Positions 41,775 to 49,668 of a DNA stretch of 49,668 nucleotides are shown here, one piece after another. A model generated the notes under the pieces. That model did not search any database, had not been told where the DNA came from, and saw only the letters and a list, made by a program, of their open reading frames with translations. The translations under genes and the position numbers were made by a program. The first letter of the stretch is position 1; each line of letters starts with the position of its first letter. The DNA lies in NCBI GenBank assembly GCA_020724065.1, contig DYHQ01000003.1, positions 1 to 49,668 of the forward strand. Direction: 5' to 3'. The DNA comes from Candidatus Puniceispirillum sp. Lineage in GTDB: Bacteria > Electryoneota > RPQS01 > DYHQ01.

Positions 41775-43073
41775 TTACACCCATCCCCGGTCCTTGCATG
41801 CCTGAGCAACACGGCTTACCGCAATCACATAGGCCGCGTCGCGCATGAACAATTTCCGTTGACGAGCGAGTTCACTGACAGCCAAATACGCCGCCGTCAT
41901 CTTCACATCTAACTTGCCCAAGACCTCATCCTTCTCCCAGAAGTAATTCATGTTGCTTTGCACTTGCTCGAAGTAGCTGCAGGTGACGCCGCCTGCATTC
42001 GCGAGAAAGTCGGGGATCAAAAAGATGCCGCGCTCGGCAATCACCTTATCCGCTTCCGGCGTCGTGGGGCCATTCGCGCCTTCCGCAATGAGTCGCACAC
42101 GCTTGCTGATTTTCTGCACATTCTGGGCGGTGATTTGATTCTCGATTGCATTCGGCATGAGAATATCCACATCTTGTTCAATCCAGGCATCTCCCGGCAG
42201 CGCTTCGTAACCCAACTCGCGAGCCTTACCCTTGTCAATCCCGCCAAAACGATCTGTAATTCGCAGTAACGCGTCGAGATTGATTCCATCCTTCTTTCGG
42301 TAAGTATAGGATGACTGGTCTTTTTGATCCCAGCAGGAGACGCAAATAACCTTGCCGCCAATCTGATGATAAAGCTCGATGGCATACTGAGCCACATTGC
42401 CGAAACCTTGTACGCTCGCGGTGGTCCCGTCAGGACGAATGCCCATCTCTTTCAAGGCCTCTCGAATGGCGAAGACCGCCCCATAGCCGGTGGCTTCGGT
42501 GCGGCCCAGTGAGCCTCCCATGCCCACGGGTTTGCCGGTGATGAAACCGGGATAATGGCCCCCGTGAATCAACTCGAATTCGTCCAGCATCCACAGCATG
42601 TGCTGGCCGCTGGTCATGACATCCGGCGCGGGAACATCCACAACATGTCCCACGACTTTCGCCAATTGGCGCACCCAGCCGCGGCAGATTTGCTCTTGCT
42701 CGCGGGCGCTCAGGTTATGCGGATCGCAAATGACTCCACCTTTCCCGCCTCCCAGCGGAATATCCACCACGGAACATTTCCATGTCATCCACATTGCAAG
42801 GGCGCGCACGGTGTCAATGGTTTCTTGCGGGTGAAAGCGGATACCGCCTTTGCACGGGCCACGTGCATCGTTGTGCTGAACCCGAAATCCACGGAACACT
42901 TTCATCGAACCATCGTCCATGTGAATCGGAATGCTGAAATGAAACTCTCGAAACGGGTGTCGTAACAACTCTCGTGTCGCCGTATCCATTTGGAGAATAT
43001 CAGCGACTTTGTCGAACTGGGTTTGCGCCATTTCGAACGGATTGAATGATTTGCGAGAAATCGTAGGTTCCAT
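41775..43073 (-). CDS. gdhA: Glutamate dehydrogenase (NAD(P)-dependent, hexameric GdhA type)
   Basis: CKGGIRFHP (catalytic Lys region), PLGGGKGG, and dinucleotide fold VQGFGNVAQ. Full length, 432 aa. Confidence 0.95.
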   Translation of the reverse strand: MEPTISRKSFNPFEMAQTQFDKVADILQMDTATRELLRHPFREFHFSIPIHMDDGSMKVFRGFRVQHNDARGPCKGGIRFHPQETIDTVRALAMWMTWKCSVVDIPLGGGKGGVICDPHNLSAREQEQICRGWVRQLAKVVGHVVDVPAPDVMTSGQHMLWMLDEFELIHGGHYPGFITGKPVGMGGSLGRTEATGYGAVFAIREALKEMGIRPDGTTASVQGFGNVAQYAIELYHQIGGKVICVSCWDQKDQSSYTYRKKDGINLDALLRITDRFGGIDKGKARELGYEALPGDAWIEQDVDILMPNAIENQITAQNVQKISKRVRLIAEGANGPTTPEADKVIAERGIFLIPDFLANAGGVTCSYFEQVQSNMNYFWEKDEVLGKLDVKMTAAYLAVSELARQRKLFMRDAAYVIAVSRVAQACKDRGWV

Positions 43074-43784
43074 CGAAAACCTTTCCTCTTCTGTCTATTT
43101 TGTATCAGCCTTGTTCGTGAACGATCGCGGAGAAACTAATCCATTTCGAGTCGGAAATCAAGCAAACAGGCCCTCCCAAGACTGCTTGTCTCCATCCCAG
43201 ATTCAGTATAATTTACAGTATAGCGACACCAAAAGCAATACGCAACGAAAAGCAATCGGCAGGTGAACTGTCGGCAGGAATCACCAGAGATTGAGGCACC
43301 GTGCGTGCCGTCTCCAGGCTGGCACGACTGTTCATCTAACACCAACTCGGTATCATGGATTAATTTGTTTTCAAGAAGTTACCGACTCCCTGGCCGTCGT
43401 GCACTATGAAGACTTCCACAAATTGCCCTCTGGATGCACCGAAAGAAGAGAGGCATGGCGTCTCCTCAAAGGCCCGTGCCCAACGCTCTTCTGCATGCTC
43501 TCACAACTTCCAATTGCTATCAGGCGATTTTATGTGAACTTGCGCGAAAGCGGTGGTGGCAGTGGCGGGAGGGTAGGCCGCGAGAATCCTGGCCGCGTGC
43601 TTTTTTATCTTGATTTTTCCGAGATACACCAATATGTTATACGATGCGGGTTAAGGCTGGGCAAAGGGTGAGATTCCGCGGGTAGGTGGACTTGTCAAGC
43701 CACTTGGTTGCCGCCAGCCATTTTACTGATTGCCATGGCGAACTTCATTGGAAAAATTAGTAATTCTCCCAAAGAGGTGAAATC

Positions 43785-45206
43785 ATGAGGTATTCTCGTT
43801 GGATTTTTGGATTCAGCTTGGCGGCTCTTGTATTGATTTCCACAGCTTGGGCCGTGCCGCTGAACGAGAGCTTCTCGTACACGAACTTTCCGCCCATCGG
43901 ATGGCAGAACCTTCAAAACGGGGATGGTGCGAGGGTATGGGACAGGAGTACTATGAACACGCTCACAACGCCTGGATGCGCGAGGTCGGAATATGAGGAC
44001 TTATCCGTGGGTCTGATTTCGAAGCGGTGGTTGATTACGCCACAGCTATCCGTGGATAATGCGACGGACAGCGTCACTTTCTGGGTCAGGACTCTCTATT
44101 CCTTCGTCGCGGGGGATGACTCTCTTTTTATCTTAGTGAGCACAACCGGATCCAATCCGGCTGATTTCACCGACTTGCTTGCTGGCTATGACCCGGGTTC
44201 GGGCGGCGATTTCGATACGGCCTATGTGCGTTATGCACACAGCCTCGAGCCTTATGTGGGCGAGGATATCTACATCGCTTTCCTCCATGCAGACCCGGAT
44301 GATGGCGACAACCGTGTCTATATGGATAATGTGACGGGACCGGAGCTGCTTGAAGCGCCGCAACCTCCATCGAATCCGCAGCCGGCCGACGGGGCCGTGA
44401 GTATCGGCCCTGACACGGTTTTGCATTGGACAAATGGCGCCGGAACCGACTCGATTGACCTCTATCTGGCCACCACGGAGGATTCAGTTCTGAACAAGGA
44501 GCCGGCGGCACGGAAAGTCCTCAACCAGCTTGTCGAGTCGTATGACCCGCCTGGCAATTTGCCGTCGAACCAAATCTACTACTGGCGTGTCGTGACCAAG
44601 AATCAATTCGGTTCGACCGACGGCGATGTGTGGGATTTCACGGTCATAGGACTTCCGCTGCCCGGTTCGTGTGACATCGGCGGCGGGAATAACGACTACG
44701 CCGACTTCAACGAAGCGGTGGCAGCTCTCGAAAGTAACGGCATTTCGGCCAGTGTGACCTTTAATGTCTATGGCACAACCTACTATGAGTATTTTGTCAT
44801 CCATTCCATTGCTGGTGCCAGTGCGACCGACACCATCCTGTTTCGAGATGCCTCGGGAACGGCGCTAATCACCTACAACCATTACCTTGGCGCTACGGAG
44901 GGGATTGTTCGGCTCGATAACGCGGACTATATCACTTTTGATGGTATTGATATCGCCGCTATTGATTCTGCGTTCAAGTGTGTCAGCATTCACAACGGTG
45001 CAACCCACAACCGGTTCCAGAACGCAACATTCACGCAAGATCTTTCCGGCGGGGTTCCCGTAGCTACGAGTGTCCTTTACTGCGTTTATGTCTGGGGTTC
45101 ACAGACCAACTATAACACCCTCGACAATCTGACTTTGAAAGCCGCAAAACCGGGGTGTACATGGCCAGCTCAACTGTCGGCAATGTCGTGCAGCACTGCG
45201 TTATAG
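43785..45206 (+). CDS. N-terminal part of a giant secreted beta-helix repeat protein (choice-of-anchor-J-like N-domain plus first repeat), cut short by a frame break
   Basis: SD GAGGTGA 6 nt upstream, identical to the gene at 1970. Signal peptide MRYSRWIFGFSLAALVLISTAWA. LNESFSYTNFPPIGWQN. The first GSCDIGGGNNDYADFNEAV module begins at 44664. Homology to the later repeats continues in the -1 frame from about 45149. Confidence 0.85.
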   Translation: MRYSRWIFGFSLAALVLISTAWAVPLNESFSYTNFPPIGWQNLQNGDGARVWDRSTMNTLTTPGCARSEYEDLSVGLISKRWLITPQLSVDNATDSVTFWVRTLYSFVAGDDSLFILVSTTGSNPADFTDLLAGYDPGSGGDFDTAYVRYAHSLEPYVGEDIYIAFLHADPDDGDNRVYMDNVTGPELLEAPQPPSNPQPADGAVSIGPDTVLHWTNGAGTDSIDLYLATTEDSVLNKEPAARKVLNQLVESYDPPGNLPSNQIYYWRVVTKNQFGSTDGDVWDFTVIGLPLPGSCDIGGGNNDYADFNEAVAALESNGISASVTFNVYGTTYYEYFVIHSIAGASATDTILFRDASGTALITYNHYLGATEGIVRLDNADYITFDGIDIAAIDSAFKCVSIHNGATHNRFQNATFTQDLSGGVPVATSVLYCVYVWGSQTNYNTLDNLTLKAAKPGCTWPAQLSAMSCSTAL

Positions 45207-48200
45207 ATAGCGTTTGGCGAGGCGTATATGTGGACAACGGAAACGATATACACATCCGCGACAATGACATTGAGCTCGACCGCGCCGGGAATACGGGTAG
45301 CGCATGGGGGCTCGAGGTCGGCAGCAGCCTCGCGGCAGGAAACACGATCTACTTCTACCGCAACAAAGTCCACAACATTGTGAGCACCAGTTCCTCTGGT
45401 TCCGGTATGGCAAGGTCGAATGGGGATCTGGGTGGTGTCACCGTAATCTACAACAACTTCTGCTACGACTTCCAGACGACGGGCTCTGCCCAGGTTCGCG
45501 GGATAGAAACCTACGGTGACAGCAAGATCTATTTCAATAGCATTCGAGTCAACGATGTCTCGTCAACGGGCACCGTGTACACGGTCTATCTGGGTGCTTA
45601 TGAGCATACAGAAGACATTCGGAACAACATTTTCTATAACGGTGAGGCAACAGCCACCGCGTACAATCTCTATGCTTCCAGCTCTTCTTATTTCCCGGAC
45701 ATCCTCGATTACAACGCTTATTATGGTTCGGGCACCGGATACAACTTGGCCAAGCTCGCTACTCCGGTCTATGCCAACCTGCAGGCGCTGCAAAACGCTA
45801 CGACCTATGAGGATCACGGCGTAGAAGGGGATCCGGGCTTCACCAGCCCCACGGATCTGCATATTCTGAACACGGCTGCTCTTGTGCATAACAACGGGGT
45901 GGCCATTGCAGGAATCAGCGACGACTATGATCTTGAGACACGGTTAATCACTCCCGACATCGGAGCCGACGAGTATACCTATCTGGCTCCGGCGGCGGAC
46001 TATGCGGCACGGGAGTTCATTGGTGTGCAGTACCTGTATCCTGAGCTGACGTCCGTGACGATTCAAGTCTATATTCAGAATCGCGGCTCATCGGCGCAGA
46101 CGGATGCTCCAGTGCGACTATTCTACGATGGTGTCCAGCAGGATGAAATCCTTGTTTCTTTGGATGCCTACGGTGTGGACACGATTGCTTTTGATTGGAC
46201 AACTCCGGCAGCTCGCGACACGGGCATTTTGGAAGCGCAATGCTTCCTTGATGGAGATGCTGTCCCAGCCAATGACAGTGTGGTAACGCAAGTGGTCGTT
46301 ATCGGACAACCGATGCACGGCACCTATGATATCGGAGGCGGCGCCAACCACTACGCGAACTTCACTTTGGCTGTGGACGACATCCGGTTGCGGGGCGCGG
46401 ACGGAGCGGTGATTTTCGATGTCTATGGCACCACCTACACGGAAGCCATCTCTATTCCAGAGATTCCCGGAGCTTCGGCGACCAATACGATTACTTTCCG
46501 TGAGCACACGACTCTGGACGAACCTGTGGTCATCACCTATGGTTCGGGCTCGGGGACCGTCGGAATCAACGGTGGCGACTACATCACTTTTGATGGGATT
46601 GACATTGTCGCCACGGGCAGCAATACTCGCGCCCTCGAAATCCTCGGAGGAGCTGACTATAACACAGTCAAGAACTGCAACATTACCGGCGCCTCCGTCT
46701 CCGGTACATCAAACTATGGGGCTTACATCACAGGAGGCGGAAATGACTACAACAAGCTGGAAAATGTCACCGTCAGCGGCGGCTATTATGGCGTCCGCAT
46801 TTCGGGGACTTCCTCCGCTGCAGATGTTGGCAACGAGATGAAAGATTGCGCCGTGACCGAAGGGAAATATGGTGTCTATTCGGAGTATCAGTACAACTTG
46901 CGAGTTCATGATTGCGACATCCAAGTGGGCTGGGGCGGTGCCGCGACCGAAGTCTATGGCTTCTACGCGGGCTCGCATTCGGCAAGTTGCACGACATTCT
47001 TCTACGCGAATGAGATTCACAACCTCCGAACCAGCGGATCTTCGGCCTCCAATGGCATCTACACGACCACGTCGAGTGGGCGCCTTGTGGCCTATAACAA
47101 TTTCATCTATGATTTTCAGGTGTCAGGCACCGGCCCGCTCTATGGATTGCGCGTACCGGGCGGCAGCGCGGAACTCTACTTCAACAGCGTCTATATTGGC
47201 GATGTCGGCACCACGGGTGGTACCACTGGAATCAATGGCTTCTATGAGGCCGGCAGCACCACGATTGTTATCCTGCAGAACAACATCATTCAGATGAGCG
47301 AGCCAACCAACGCGTGTTGGGGTATCAACCGCTCCGCCGGAACACTGACAAGCAATTACAACTGCTTCTACGGCACGGGCTCAGCCTACAATATGGGCCG
47401 TGATGGCACCACAGCGTATGCGACACTGGCTTTGTGGTATGGTGGAACCGGACGCGATGCTAATTCGGTTGAGGGAAATCCGGGATTTGTCAGCGGCATC
47501 AATCTTCACATCCATCCCTCATTTGATCTTGTGGACAGTGCAGGCGTTTCCATCACGGGCATCACGGACGACATTGACCACAATCTGCGAGCCGGAGTGC
47601 CCGACATCGGCGGGGATGAGTACACCTATATATCCATTCCGCACGATTTAGGCGTCAATGGCTTCGTGGATTTCATCACCGTCTACAATGCCAATTTGCC
47701 CTATGTCATCAAGGCCGAGCTGGAAAATTACGGGGCGAATACGGAAACGGATGTGCCTGTGGTGCTTTACTATGATGGCGCGCCGCAAGACACGGCCCTA
47801 CTTTCTTTGCCCTTCAGTCAGAAAGACACCGTGGAACTCGATTGGTTGACACCGAATGTGGAGTTCGAGCAAGGTGAGCTGGAGGTGCAGGTCTTCTGTC
47901 CGTTGGACGGCTACTTGGACAATGACAGCGTGACCGCGAATGTGGCGGTCATTGCAGGCCCAATGTCTGGCACCTATGACCTGGGAGGTGGCAGCATGGA
48001 CTTCGCCAATTTCACCGAGGCGGTGACCTCGCTCACCCTGCGCGGGATTGACGGGGCGGTGACGATTGATTGCTATGGGGGAACCTACCAGGAGAACATT
48101 GGGGTTCCCGAGATTGACGGAGCATCCTTTGCTGATCGGGTCACCTTCCAGGCGCACGGAAGCGATGTTGTTACTCTGACGGCTGCCAGCGGTGATTCGG

Positions 48201-49270
48201 TGTTGAGCATGAATGGAGCGGATTTCATGATTTTCGACGGCATCAATGTTACAGCAACCGGTGCAGTGAATACCTCCATTTTGCTGAGAGATGATGCCGA
48301 CTACAACACATTCAAGAGACTGACGGTGAGAGGACGCGACAGTCTAAGTTCCTCCATAAGAGGAGTCAGAATTCGCTTCCTGAGCAACGACAACAACCTG
48401 TTTGACAGCGTGACCGTGGCCGGATGCTATTACGGAATTCGCAACGAAGGCGGAGGCAGCTATGACTCCAGTTTCGCCTTGGAGATCCGCCATTGCACGA
48501 TTCTGAACGCTCGCTACGGAGTCTATCTGGACAATGTGCACAATGCGCTGGTGCACGATAACGATATTCAGCCCGGGTCAGACGCCGACAACAACGCCCA
48601 CAGCTATGGAATCTATGTCTCTTCGCTTGAAGGGTCGCATGTCGCCTACATCTATAACAACCGGATTCACAACTTGCGCAATGGCTATCACACGAGTTTC
48701 CCGACGGTGTCAGCGATAGAAACGCATCCGACGGGGAATGCGCAAGCCTACATCTACAACAACTTCATCTACGATTTCACCGTGCCGAATGCCGAGATTC
48801 ATGCGATTCATATCGGCTCCGGAACCAGCCACTTGTATCACAACAGCATCCACCTCAATGATGTGGACGCCACTTATGAGATCGTGGGTGTTTATCTCAG
48901 TACGGGAACGGGTGAGCTTGTGAACAACATCATCGTGGTTGAAGAAGCCACGGACACCTGCTACGGCATCTGGCGTGCCGGTGGCACTCTGGCGAACAGC
49001 GATTACAACTGCTTCTACGGAACGAGTCCAGAGTTCAGGGTGGGTCGCGATGGGGCGACGGATTGTCCGACCCTCCCGCAATGGCAGGGCTTCGGTTATG
49101 ACCCAAACAGCATCGTCGGAGATCCGGGATTTTTCAGCGCGACAAACCTTCACATTGATCCAACGAGCACCCTGGTGGACAGCGCGGGGATTTACTTAGC
49201 AACCGTAACGACAGATATTGACGGGGATGTGCGCGATGATCCACCGGACATCGGTGCAGATGAATATGAT
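44664..49270 (+). repeat. Three tandem intragenic repeats of about 1.65 kb (about 550 aa) in the giant protein gene
   Basis: Repeat starts marked by G(S/T)(C/Y)D(I/L)GGG at 44664, 46319 and 47969. The spacings are 1655 and 1650 nt; the first is not a multiple of 3 because of the frame break. Confidence 0.7.
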
Positions 49271-49567
49271 TGGACTCCGCCTCCGGGACCTGTCACCGAC
49301 TTGACCGTCTACCGCGACACGGGGACGGATAATGTGATTTTGCGCTGGAGCGCGGTGCTCAATGCGAACAGTTACAAGATCTACGCAGGTGATTCCGTCG
49401 GGTTTGTCGTCGGTCCGAGCACTTATCTCGGAACGACAGGGAACACTTTCTACACTCATACCGGCGTTGTCCTGGCGGCAAACATGAAATTCTATGTCGT
49501 GCTTGCTTCATCGTCGTTGCCCAGCGCCGTCATCATTCCTCCTGCGGAAAATCGGCGTGATCAGTAG
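45155..49567 (+). CDS. Remainder of the giant beta-helix repeat protein (repeats 1-3 plus a C-terminal FN3-like domain)
   Basis: Parallel beta-helix-like repeats (NN.I.N, YGVY, N.IYDF). Recurring blocks GTYD(I/L)GGG, DPGF.S..NLHI...VDSAG...TDDID...PDIG(A/G)DEY. FN3-like tail at 49277-49519. Confidence 0.88.
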   Translation: MYMASSTVGNVVQHCVIDSVWRGVYVDNGNDIHIRDNDIELDRAGNTGSAWGLEVGSSLAAGNTIYFYRNKVHNIVSTSSSGSGMARSNGDLGGVTVIYNNFCYDFQTTGSAQVRGIETYGDSKIYFNSIRVNDVSSTGTVYTVYLGAYEHTEDIRNNIFYNGEATATAYNLYASSSSYFPDILDYNAYYGSGTGYNLAKLATPVYANLQALQNATTYEDHGVEGDPGFTSPTDLHILNTAALVHNNGVAIAGISDDYDLETRLITPDIGADEYTYLAPAADYAAREFIGVQYLYPELTSVTIQVYIQNRGSSAQTDAPVRLFYDGVQQDEILVSLDAYGVDTIAFDWTTPAARDTGILEAQCFLDGDAVPANDSVVTQVVVIGQPMHGTYDIGGGANHYANFTLAVDDIRLRGADGAVIFDVYGTTYTEAISIPEIPGASATNTITFREHTTLDEPVVITYGSGSGTVGINGGDYITFDGIDIVATGSNTRALEILGGADYNTVKNCNITGASVSGTSNYGAYITGGGNDYNKLENVTVSGGYYGVRISGTSSAADVGNEMKDCAVTEGKYGVYSEYQYNLRVHDCDIQVGWGGAATEVYGFYAGSHSASCTTFFYANEIHNLRTSGSSASNGIYTTTSSGRLVAYNNFIYDFQVSGTGPLYGLRVPGGSAELYFNSVYIGDVGTTGGTTGINGFYEAGSTTIVILQNNIIQMSEPTNACWGINRSAGTLTSNYNCFYGTGSAYNMGRDGTTAYATLALWYGGTGRDANSVEGNPGFVSGINLHIHPSFDLVDSAGVSITGITDDIDHNLRAGVPDIGGDEYTYISIPHDLGVNGFVDFITVYNANLPYVIKAELENYGANTETDVPVVLYYDGAPQDTALLSLPFSQKDTVELDWLTPNVEFEQGELEVQVFCPLDGYLDNDSVTANVAVIAGPMSGTYDLGGGSMDFANFTEAVTSLTLRGIDGAVTIDCYGGTYQENIGVPEIDGASFADRVTFQAHGSDVVTLTAASGDSVLSMNGADFMIFDGINVTATGAVNTSILLRDDADYNTFKRLTVRGRDSLSSSIRGVRIRFLSNDNNLFDSVTVAGCYYGIRNEGGGSYDSSFALEIRHCTILNARYGVYLDNVHNALVHDNDIQPGSDADNNAHSYGIYVSSLEGSHVAYIYNNRIHNLRNGYHTSFPTVSAIETHPTGNAQAYIYNNFIYDFTVPNAEIHAIHIGSGTSHLYHNSIHLNDVDATYEIVGVYLSTGTGELVNNIIVVEEATDTCYGIWRAGGTLANSDYNCFYGTSPEFRVGRDGATDCPTLPQWQGFGYDPNSIVGDPGFFSATNLHIDPTSTLVDSAGIYLATVTTDIDGDVRDDPPDIGADEYDWTPPPGPVTDLTVYRDTGTDNVILRWSAVLNANSYKIYAGDSVGFVVGPSTYLGTTGNTFYTHTGVVLAANMKFYVVLASSSLPSAVIIPPAENRRDQ

Positions 49568-49668
49568 TTCGTTGTAGAGTTCAATCTGAAGAATGGGGCC
49601 GACTCAGAAGTAGCTGGGTTGGCCTTTCGTTTTATGTATGTGATTGGTGTCGAGGAGTGAAGGGATAG

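Noticed and set aside
43320-43334. Second TGGCACG motif as a sigma-54 promoter for the giant protein gene
   Set aside because: The -12 position reads TTCA with no GC or GA. The site lies about 450 nt from the start codon, so it is no better than a chance hexamer match.
43291-43671. 126-aa ORF in the large intergenic gap
   Set aside because: It has no SD or plausible start context, an Arg/Cys/Gly-rich composition unlike neighbouring proteins, and no motif. It is treated as non-coding pending evidence.
45141-45160. Programmed -1 ribosomal frameshift in the giant protein gene
   Set aside because: gcA_AAA_Ccg is not a canonical X_XXY_YYZ heptamer and I saw no obvious downstream stem-loop or pseudoknot. 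A missing A in an A5 run explains the break exactly and matches the other two -1 breaks in the window.
1-49668. Search for rRNA, tRNA, CRISPR arrays, transposases, integrases and prophage genes
   Set aside because: No conserved T-loop-type GGTTCGAAT motifs occur outside coding sequence. There are no regularly spaced direct repeats of 24-40 bp and no DDE or tyrosine-recombinase-like ORFs. Every large ORF is accounted for by other families.
49568-49668. Terminator after the giant protein gene (ggcc...ggcc followed by tttcgtttt)
   Set aside because: Only a 4-bp stem can be drawn with a long loop, which is too weak to call.

Overview
About 50 kb of gene-dense bacterial chromosome. It is probably from an uncultivated member of the FCB (Bacteroidota-related) superphylum: three proteins end in the NYPNPFNP...YFY...KM(L/V)LL(K/R) type IX secretion (T9SS) sorting domain, yet many genes have clear GGAGG-type ribosome-binding sites. 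Layout: (1) 263-18799 (+), an alpha-glucan (starch/glycogen) utilisation locus. It holds a non-catalytic triple starch-binding-module protein, a 1433-aa multi-CBM GH13 enzyme, a GDE-type debranching enzyme, a MalK-type ATPase, a seven-bladed beta-propeller T9SS protein, a GH57 enzyme, a second GH13 amylase and MalEFG-type ABC importer components. (2) 18847-21016 (-), an operon encoding an outer-membrane barrel, a YceI-like protein and a small CxxCH lipoprotein. (3) A cupin protein and a large secreted M28 peptidase. (4) A sigma-54 enhancer-binding response regulator and a PDZ/GAF sensor kinase, both interrupted. (5) 28340-33548 (+), a putative barrel protein followed by a tightly packed five-gene cluster: UbiA prenyltransferase, DAG-kinase-like lipid kinase, ThiL/AIR-synthase-like protein, 4-TM protein and metallophosphoesterase. 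(6) 33529-41689 (-), a single-polypeptide nuclease-methyltransferase (type IIG / type ISP-like) followed after 6 bp by two paralogous PPDK_N-type ATP-grasp proteins, one fused to a GAF-like sensor and an MNT-type nucleotidyltransferase. This is my best candidate for an undescribed system. (7) gdhA. (8) A 710-bp non-coding gap, then a roughly 1,920-aa secreted beta-helix protein built from three 550-aa repeats and split by a frameshift. I recognised no rRNA, tRNA, CRISPR array, transposase or integrase. Four genes are interrupted: three by -1 frame breaks and one by an in-frame TGA. The frame breaks look more like single-base deletions or assembly errors than biology. All family assignments come from motifs read by eye and need HMM or BLAST confirmation.
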